IMG/VR virus record: IMGVR_UViG_3300043444_000048
Coordinates: 1-59,733 of that record
DNA: 59,733 nucleotides
Source of the DNA: a virus
Taxonomy: Duplodnaviria; Caudoviricetes
Direction: 5' to 3' (one strand)
A program made the position numbers and the translations under genes. The notes under the pieces are model-generated. The model saw nothing but the letters and a program-made list of their open reading frames with translations, made no database searches and was not told the DNA's origin. Each line of letters begins with the position of its first letter. Within the stretch, counting starts at the first letter, position 1. Below, one piece after another: positions 1 through 6,113 of this stretch.

Positions 1-20
1 CCCACATTTTGGGGGTATTG

Positions 21-113
21 TCAAGTGGTTTCTGCTATAGCAGTCTCTAGCATTACAATACCAGCAATAGCCTGGTCAAACTCTTCCCAAGTCTCGAAGG
101 TTAGTTCTATCAT
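21..113 (-). CDS. Small acidic hypothetical protein (30 aa)
   Basis: Hand-translated MIELTFETWEEFDQAIAGIVMLETAIAETT*. The ATG follows the upstream gene's stop (TAAtaATG). Below the ORF-track length cutoff. Confidence 0.55.
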   Translation of the reverse strand: MIELTFETWEEFDQAIAGIVMLETAIAETT

Positions 114-115
114 TA

Positions 116-280
116 TTACCACTTTCTCTTAGTGCCAAGTGACTTGGCTAGTCTGATTAGGCTAGTGACTTCCTTGATTTCACTATCGCTTGGCTCTCTA
201 TCGCCAATCAGTTGAATCATTAGGTCAACCTCACGCTCAACCTCTGCTAGGTTTAGAACATCTAGTTTTCTGAATCTCAT
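116..280 (-). CDS. Small hypothetical protein (54 aa)
   Basis: Hand-translated MRFRKLDVLNLAEVEREVDL...KRKW*, preceded by an SD-like GAAAGGA. Confidence 0.65.
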   Translation of the reverse strand: MRFRKLDVLNLAEVEREVDLMIQLIGDREPSDSEIKEVTSLIRLAKSLGTKRKW

Positions 281-300
281 CTGTTATCCTTTCTGGCTTT

Positions 301-324
301 AGCCTAACACATACCTCTGACATT
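301..324 (-). promoter_or_regulatory. Leftward promoter, AATGTC-N12-TAGGCT with TG extension
   Basis: Same AATGTC-N12-TAGNNT geometry as the promoter at 591-614; lies upstream of the SD of the 116-280 gene. Confidence 0.5.
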
Positions 325-395
325 TATTGAAACATCTTGGCCACGATCAGCAGGGTAGCGAATGCACCCATCCACAACATGATATCAACAATCAT
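324..395 (-). CDS. 23 aa hydrophobic microprotein (single TM helix)
   Basis: MIVDIMLWMGAFATLLIVAKMFQ*. Start overlaps the upstream stop (TAATG coupling). Confidence 0.5.
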   Translation of the reverse strand: MIVDIMLWMGAFATLLIVAKMFQ

Positions 396-565
396 TAGTT
401 AGCACCAATCGCAATGATAGTACCATCGTTTAGGGTTGCCTTGAATCCCTGAATCTTCATTGCCCAATACTGCTTGGTGTAGAAACCAATGACGCTTGCC
501 TTGTGCTCAGGGTCATAGCTTGGGTAAATCTTTGAGTTGTCGTTTAGGGTTACTTCTACGTTCAT
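395..565 (-). CDS. Small hypothetical protein (56 aa)
   Basis: MNVEVTLNDNSKIYPSYDPEHKASVIGFYTKQYWAMKIQGFKATLNDGTIIAIGAN*, with SD GAAAGGA and a consensus promoter upstream. Confidence 0.7.
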   Translation of the reverse strand: MNVEVTLNDNSKIYPSYDPEHKASVIGFYTKQYWAMKIQGFKATLNDGTIIAIGAN

Positions 566-590
566 TTCTTTTCCTTTCCTAACTGTTTAA

Positions 591-619
591 ATACTAATAC
601 AGGGGTAGGACATTGTCAA
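591..619 (-). promoter_or_regulatory. Sigma70/SigA-type promoter TTGACA-N17-TAGTAT
   Basis: Exact -35 hexamer, 17 nt spacer and TANNNT -10 upstream of the 395-565 gene. Confidence 0.75.
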
Positions 620-639
620 GTTTAGATAAGCATTATTTG

Positions 640-749
640 ATAACAAAATTATAACGAAGGGGGCCCTAGTACTAAACAAGAAGGGTGGCTGGGTATTATA
701 TACCTGGTTTGCCTTGTGTGCGGACTAAGATTTGTAACAATTTTATAAC
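640..749. repeat. Two (A/G)TAAC-N6-ATAAC direct-repeat boxes (640-655, 734-749)
   Basis: ATAAC-aaaatt-ATAAC and GTAAC-aatttt-ATAAC. A third copy, GTAAC-tctttt-ATAAC, is at 2476-2491. Confidence 0.55.
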
Positions 750-843
750 AAACCTGTATCGTACATCTTTGCAAAATATTCAGATTTTCACAAAAGTGGT
801 TTTTAAAAATTTTTTCAGATTCGCTGCGGTATAATAGAACCAG

Positions 844-1734
844 ATGTCACTAGAAAAAATATTTGTATCCATAGCATCCTACAGAGACTTAGAACTTTAT
901 CCTACTGTAGAAAATTTGCTGCGTCAAGCCAGGTATCCAGAAAGAATTTTTATATCTCTAGTGGTCCAGGACAGAATATTTCCTGATTTCACAGAATTAT
1001 TCAACAAATATCCAATCGCAGGACATAGATATGTCAAAATTGACTACACAAATGCAAAAGGTGTAGGTTTTGCAAGGGCAAAAGCACAAGAAGCCCTAAT
1101 AACCAAGTACAAATACTACTTTCAGGTAGATTCTCACTCTAGATTTACAGAACATTGGGACGTAAAAGCTATTTCTGATCACAAAAGGCTATCTGAAATC
1201 TGGGGTAACGTACTTTTAAGCACTTATCCACCTAGATATGACATAAATGACGACGGTACAGAGACAACTTATGACTCATATGTCCCAGTAGTACGTGTAA
1301 AAGAGACAAATGACATAGTAAAGTTCGAACCAGAGTATTTTGAAACGTCTGTAGACACAAAAAATGGTTTTTACACAGGATATTTCACTGGTGGACAAAC
1401 TTTTGGCTTGACAGAAGACATTTTACTAGCTAGATATGATCCAGACATCTATTTTTGGGGGGAAGAGCAAACATTATCCCTAAGATTCTTTGAACAAGGT
1501 ATAAACATAGTAGCTCCACCAAGAAACTACGTATTTCATGATTACGAAGGAACAAGAAGAGTAAGACACTGGGATTCAAATACAATTCAAGAAATGTACA
1601 GGAGTCGTTCTGATCAAAGAATTAGAAGGTTTTTTAAAGGTCGGCTAGAAGAGTTTGGTATCACAGATGTTGGAATTATCGAAGAATACAAAAAGATGTT
1701 AATTCAATTTGGTCATAATGTCGAGGGTACATAA
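844..1734 (+). CDS. Glycosyltransferase, GT60 / Skp1-GlcNAc transferase-like (Pfam GlcNAc family)
   Basis: IFVSIASYRD N-terminal motif, QVDSHSRF (DxH metal-binding motif), LSTYPP and YFWGEE motifs typical of this family. Confidence 0.8.
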   Translation: MSLEKIFVSIASYRDLELYPTVENLLRQARYPERIFISLVVQDRIFPDFTELFNKYPIAGHRYVKIDYTNAKGVGFARAKAQEALITKYKYYFQVDSHSRFTEHWDVKAISDHKRLSEIWGNVLLSTYPPRYDINDDGTETTYDSYVPVVRVKETNDIVKFEPEYFETSVDTKNGFYTGYFTGGQTFGLTEDILLARYDPDIYFWGEEQTLSLRFFEQGINIVAPPRNYVFHDYEGTRRVRHWDSNTIQEMYRSRSDQRIRRFFKGRLEEFGITDVGIIEEYKKMLIQFGHNVEGT

Positions 1735-1759
1735 TCAGCTCCGCTGATCAGAAAAGTCC

Positions 1760-1969
1760 CTACCACTTACCAACAGGACACTTTGCCTTCTTGAGTGTAG
1801 TCTTTAAAGTCATAAAGCATCCACACTTAGTGCAACGTTCTCCTGTTTTTGAGAAAAATGGACATGTTCTGCAAATCTCCATACGATATGCTTTTAATTC
1901 TTCTTCTGACCTAGGTTGGTTTGGGTTAAACAGGTCAAGAAAGCTTACGTCTTTTTCTTTATTATCCAT
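1760..1969 (-). CDS. Small Cys-rich, probably metal-binding protein
   Basis: RMEICRTC...CTKCGCFM..KT....KCPVGKW. Leaderless TGA-TATACT promoter 6 nt upstream of the ATG. Confidence 0.75.
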   Translation of the reverse strand: MDNKEKDVSFLDLFNPNQPRSEEELKAYRMEICRTCPFFSKTGERCTKCGCFMTLKTTLKKAKCPVGKW

Positions 1970-2108
1970 GTATTAAGTATATCAGGGATATTAGATTTGT
2001 TGCACATATACCACATGTTGTGGTTTGGTGTGCATTGGTACTCTATATTTGCCGACGAACTTAAATACCGCCGAGATTTTTAAAAAATAAGATTATAATT
2101 GTTATATT

Positions 2109-2348
2109 ATGTCAATCGAATCTTGGATCGGAATTATTGTAGGAATTTCCACCATTATCACATCCGCAGGCCTAGGGGTTCGTTGGCTAACCAAACACTA
2201 CTTTGACGAAATCAAGCATGAATTGAAGCCAAATAGTGGATCTAGCATGAAAGATCAAGTCACAAGGCTTGAAGAGAAAACAGAAAAGCTAGAGACAAAG
2301 ATTGATGACCTTTACGATAAGCTAATAAATTATTTAGCTAACAAATAG
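2109..2348 (+). CDS. Small membrane protein (TM helix plus coiled coil), holin-like or lysis accessory
   Basis: Hydrophobic N-terminus followed by ELKPNSGSSMKDQVTRLE and a heptad tail, a pattern seen in actinophage membrane proteins. Confidence 0.6.
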   Translation: MSIESWIGIIVGISTIITSAGLGVRWLTKHYFDEIKHELKPNSGSSMKDQVTRLEEKTEKLETKIDDLYDKLINYLANK

Positions 2349-2356
2349 ACAAAAGC

Positions 2357-2440
2357 TAGATATCTATATATAATATATATTTATATATAAGTTATACTAA
2401 CTAGCTAGTTATATTTAATATTTATTAATAATATATATAC
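2357..2440. other. Extremely AT-rich palindromic tract, candidate replication origin or unwinding element
   Basis: Runs of TA dinucleotides with perfect palindromes TAGATATCTA (2357-2366) and TAACTAGCTAGTTA (2398-2411); non-coding. Confidence 0.4.
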
Positions 2441-2589
2441 TACCAAACTCTGACTCGATGTCAAGTACTTTTTAGGTAACTCTTTTATAACAATTAATGT
2501 TATATATGTTTATACAGAATAATCTTTTATTTTCCTGACTTATTACAGAATAATATTCGTTGACGTTACTATTATGTTATAATTTATAT

Positions 2590-2644
2590 CTGACTAGCAC
2601 TTAGGATGTCTCTCATACCCACCCCTGAGTGCTAGTCTTTTTTT
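2590..2644 (+). ncRNA. Candidate ~55 nt single-hairpin small RNA
   Basis: TGTTATAAT at 2575-2583, then a 14 bp stem (2592-2605 / 2624-2637, one G-U pair), an 18 nt C-rich loop and a T7 tract. Confidence 0.5.
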
Positions 2645-2673
2645 ATTTATTTTAGTGGTATAATGTAGATACT

Positions 2674-3060
2674 ATGACATCTGCTTGTGCTCCCGAAATT
2701 TTTGGTGCTGACCCAGTCAACATTAAGTGGCAAATTGTAAGAGGCGATACCTCTCCACTTAGAGTTGAGTTCTATGAAAATGATGAGGTTACACCCTATG
2801 ATACAGCTGGTTGGCAGTATGCTGCTACAGCTTATGACTTCCGTGGCGATGTCCTAGACGAATTAGAAATAACACCTGGTAGCGGTTTTGTAGAAATCGT
2901 GGCACCAGCAGAAATAACGGCACTATGGGGAACAGGATATTCTAACGTAGTAGCCGAATTGGCTTTTGATCTTCAAGTTATCGTTGCAAACGATACTGTT
3001 TGGACTCCTGTTATTGGAACCATTACTGTGCTTGGGGATGTTACAGGAGGTAGTTTATAA
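2674..3060 (+). CDS. Minor virion protein, BppU-N-like beta-sandwich (paralog 1)
   Basis: WQIVRGDT motif shared with 9743-10153 and, more distantly, 4075-4749. Confidence 0.6.
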   Translation: MTSACAPEIFGADPVNIKWQIVRGDTSPLRVEFYENDEVTPYDTAGWQYAATAYDFRGDVLDELEITPGSGFVEIVAPAEITALWGTGYSNVVAELAFDLQVIVANDTVWTPVIGTITVLGDVTGGSL

Positions 3061-3287
3061 TGCCAACAATTAAAGTTGTACCATTCCCTGGTGCCCCTGG
3101 ACCGCAGGGACCAAGAGGTTTTCAAGGAATTCAAGGTGAGCAAGGCCTTACTGGGCCAATGGGTCCTGCAGGAGACGCAACTGCTTACACACCAGCTAAT
3201 CCATCAGACTGGAATCCAGCTCCAACAACAATCGCAGAAGCCTTAGATCAGGTTGCACAGCGTATCTCAGCAATAGAAAATTCTTAA
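3060..3287 (+). CDS. Short collagen-like protein
   Basis: Ten Gly-X-Y triplets followed by a short coiled coil. Confidence 0.75.
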   Translation: MPTIKVVPFPGAPGPQGPRGFQGIQGEQGLTGPMGPAGDATAYTPANPSDWNPAPTTIAEALDQVAQRISAIENS

Positions 3288-3306
3288 AGCCTGGGATAAT
3301 TGATGT

Positions 3307-4047
3307 ATGTCAACATCTAAGAATATGGACTTCCCAACTGTATCAAAAAAGAACTATGCTGCTAAGGTAGAGGAGTCACGCTCGTCTGAATCCGTTGCTC
3401 CAGAGATTCCAAATGTTGTTTATTTGCCTATTGCAGGTCCAGAAGGTCCAAGAGGTCAAAAGGGTGACACTGGTCCCAAAGGTGATCAGGGTCCAAAGGG
3501 AGAGCGTGGAGCTCCAGGAAAAGATGGCAAAGACGGTAAGCCAGGAAAAGACGGAGCTTCTTCATTTCCAGTCTACGGTCAAAAATCAGGTTGGGCTATG
3601 TATGTTAACCAAAATAACAACATGTCTAGGCTTGGTGCAGATAGAGGTGAAGACGGCTGGGTAGCATTATCTATTAACGACCTATCTGACGCATCTGTCG
3701 AAGATTACCTTCCAGAGAATGGAGTATCTCTTTATAGCACTGAGTTCAAAAGAATTAATCTTAAAAACCTTAAGATAGGCTCTCAAGTTCAGATAACTTA
3801 CGGCTTTGAGATAACCACACTTTCTTCAAATACAGAAGTTTGGTGTAGGTCTGTTCTTCCTGGATCTGGAATGTCGTCTACGTCTCTTGTTGGCAACCTG
3901 AAGTATGAGTACGTTTATGACTTTTCAGTAACGCACAACATAGTTTTGACTAATGAAGGTGATAGAATTAGTGGTGTAATACCGCAGGTGCGAACAGACA
4001 ATGACTGTTTAGGTATTTTAAAATCTATCTATGTTTCAGTCTTCTAA
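3307..4047 (+). CDS. Collagen-like fibre protein with C-terminal beta domain
   Basis: About 14 Gly-X-Y triplets (GPEGPRGQKGDTGPK...). Confidence 0.75.
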   Translation: MSTSKNMDFPTVSKKNYAAKVEESRSSESVAPEIPNVVYLPIAGPEGPRGQKGDTGPKGDQGPKGERGAPGKDGKDGKPGKDGASSFPVYGQKSGWAMYVNQNNNMSRLGADRGEDGWVALSINDLSDASVEDYLPENGVSLYSTEFKRINLKNLKIGSQVQITYGFEITTLSSNTEVWCRSVLPGSGMSSTSLVGNLKYEYVYDFSVTHNIVLTNEGDRISGVIPQVRTDNDCLGILKSIYVSVF

Positions 4048-4074
4048 CATGCTATAATATTACAAGGAGCAAGC

Positions 4075-4749
4075 ATGGCATTTCCAGCAACTTACAATTT
4101 TAGTTATTACAAGGGCGACACCCTTGAATTTCGAGCATACCCAAAGGATAATTCTGGCTTGCCGTTTAGCCTAGAAGGGTATGAGGTATCTTTTACAATC
4201 TCAACAGCTAGAGGGTCTGATGGTCTTGCAAACCAGGTATCTGCATTCGCATCTATCGTAGACAACGCAAGCATTTTGTGTGCTATTAGACCACAAGACA
4301 GCCTAGAGCTAGCAAATGCAGCTTCTTATGTGTACGACGTTGAAATCCGAAAAGTAGATGCTACACCATACCCACTCGTATACACGATTTTGACAGGAAC
4401 GATCACTGTTGAAGACCAGGTAACTGATATTCAGGTATCACTACCAGAAGGTCCTACAAACCTAGTCGTATCAGAATCTGCAGGTGTGGTCACGATCAAC
4501 TGGGACGCTCCAACAGCTGGAGATCAGCCAACAGGATACAACGTATACGGTAAGTCAGATGCTCTTGGTCTAACAAGTTATGTCCTTGTAGCAACTGTTC
4601 CAGCACCGTCAACAATTTATGAGCTATCTTCTGTTATGGGCATTCCTCTTACTCCAGGAATCCAGTATGAGGTAAAGGTTACATCATATAACTCTGCTGG
4701 TGAAAACACCACAGACTTTGTTACTGACGAGATTACGGTGGCAGTATAA
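4075..4749 (+). CDS. Minor virion protein, BppU-N-like domain plus fibronectin type III domain
   Basis: YKGDTLEF N-terminus; FN3 signature PTNL...INWDAP...GYNVY...YEVKVTSYNSAG; SD AGGAG. Confidence 0.7.
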   Translation: MAFPATYNFSYYKGDTLEFRAYPKDNSGLPFSLEGYEVSFTISTARGSDGLANQVSAFASIVDNASILCAIRPQDSLELANAASYVYDVEIRKVDATPYPLVYTILTGTITVEDQVTDIQVSLPEGPTNLVVSESAGVVTINWDAPTAGDQPTGYNVYGKSDALGLTSYVLVATVPAPSTIYELSSVMGIPLTPGIQYEVKVTSYNSAGENTTDFVTDEITVAV

Positions 4750-5315
4750 TGACAAACCCAGCAGTAGGATCAATCGACATATCCGTTCTTGGTGGACCAT
4801 CTACCATCAACCTAGATGTTGACTTTGGTCCAACTGGTGTTCGTGGAAGCAGAATTTTTGGTGTTTCTGCAGACCCAAGACTGTCTACTACTCCAAAGCC
4901 AATCGAAGTCATGAATTACGATCTTGGAATTGTTATTACGCCTTCTGCACCAGACTACCTTTCCGTGTATCAAAAAACTGGAACATCTCCAGAAGACTGG
5001 GATGCTTTTGCAGCATTGTACCCAAATTTTTATGCTGACAAGAAAACAGTATCCTTTAACTCACAAGGTGTTGGAACTTTTACAATCATTGCATCCAGCG
5101 TATTCACGGTTCCTGCATACCTTCTTGCTATGTTCAATGTTTTTTATCAAATTGAAAATGCCAACCCGATATCTTCTTCTATGAATCTTTCACTAGACCA
5201 GAGCGGAAATCAGCAAGTCCTGACAGTGACTATTAAGGCAATTGAGTACAACGGAACCGCTTGGTCAGCTCTTCAGGGAGATAAGACGGTTCACGTATTT
5301 TCGACGGTGGTTTAG
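4749..5315 (+). CDS. Hypothetical virion protein
   Basis: Translationally coupled ORF in the structural block; GPTGVRGSRIF motif. Confidence 0.6.
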   Translation: MTNPAVGSIDISVLGGPSTINLDVDFGPTGVRGSRIFGVSADPRLSTTPKPIEVMNYDLGIVITPSAPDYLSVYQKTGTSPEDWDAFAALYPNFYADKKTVSFNSQGVGTFTIIASSVFTVPAYLLAMFNVFYQIENANPISSSMNLSLDQSGNQQVLTVTIKAIEYNGTAWSALQGDKTVHVFSTVV

Positions 5316-5324
5316 GGGGTATAA

Positions 5325-6104
5325 ATGTCAGAAGAAATTGGATCAATTTTCCCAACTCAGGTTCCATCATATAGCGATGCTGCAGACATTAGGAGAGCCT
5401 TCAACCTTTATCACTATGGGTCTCAGGATGTTCCAACACAATCTTCGTCAATTGTACGAAACTCTATAGCTGGAGAGCTCAACAGCATCAATGAAAGAAT
5501 AGCTACGCTTGAAACAGCTGGCTCTGATATATCTCAGCTATTATCTACACAAAGCTTAGACGAAATTGTTCAAAGCGGAATCTACCACTCGATTGAGTCT
5601 CCAACAATTGCGTTAAAATACCCAACTACCACTTCTGGAATTTTGTTTGTGTATAAGCATGTTCTTGGTATTAATACTCTTGTGTATCAAAACTACCAGA
5701 CAAATCACACAACTACAAATCTATACTGGAGAGCTGGATACCTTTCTGGAACTTCTTATGTTTGGTCTTCTTGGTCAACAGCATCTAAAGATGGTCACAC
5801 TCACAGCGAGTACGTAACGTCAACAACCTTGAACAATAGGGTTTCTCAGACTCTGACAGCTTCTAGGGCAGCTGTAGTTGATTCATCTGGAAAGGTAAAC
5901 TCTTCAACATCTATTACAGAGCTAGAGCTAAACCAGCTTGACGGAATATCTACTGCTGCTACAATTCAAGCACAGCTAAACGACAAGGCAGCATTATCTC
6001 ATAATCATGATGGTACATATCACAAGATCGGTGAACAGCCACGTATTTATGTAACTAGCCAAGAGCCAACAGGAGCTGTCGTAGGCGATCTTTGGATATA
6101 CTAG
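5325..6104 (+). CDS. Tail fibre-like protein
   Basis: HTH/HNH fibre motifs (GHTHSEY, SHNHDG), ELNQLDG repeat and C-terminal IYVTSQEPTGAVVGDLWIY. Confidence 0.65.
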   Translation: MSEEIGSIFPTQVPSYSDAADIRRAFNLYHYGSQDVPTQSSSIVRNSIAGELNSINERIATLETAGSDISQLLSTQSLDEIVQSGIYHSIESPTIALKYPTTTSGILFVYKHVLGINTLVYQNYQTNHTTTNLYWRAGYLSGTSYVWSSWSTASKDGHTHSEYVTSTTLNNRVSQTLTASRAAVVDSSGKVNSSTSITELELNQLDGISTAATIQAQLNDKAALSHNHDGTYHKIGEQPRIYVTSQEPTGAVVGDLWIY

Positions 6105-6113
6105 GGGGACTAA

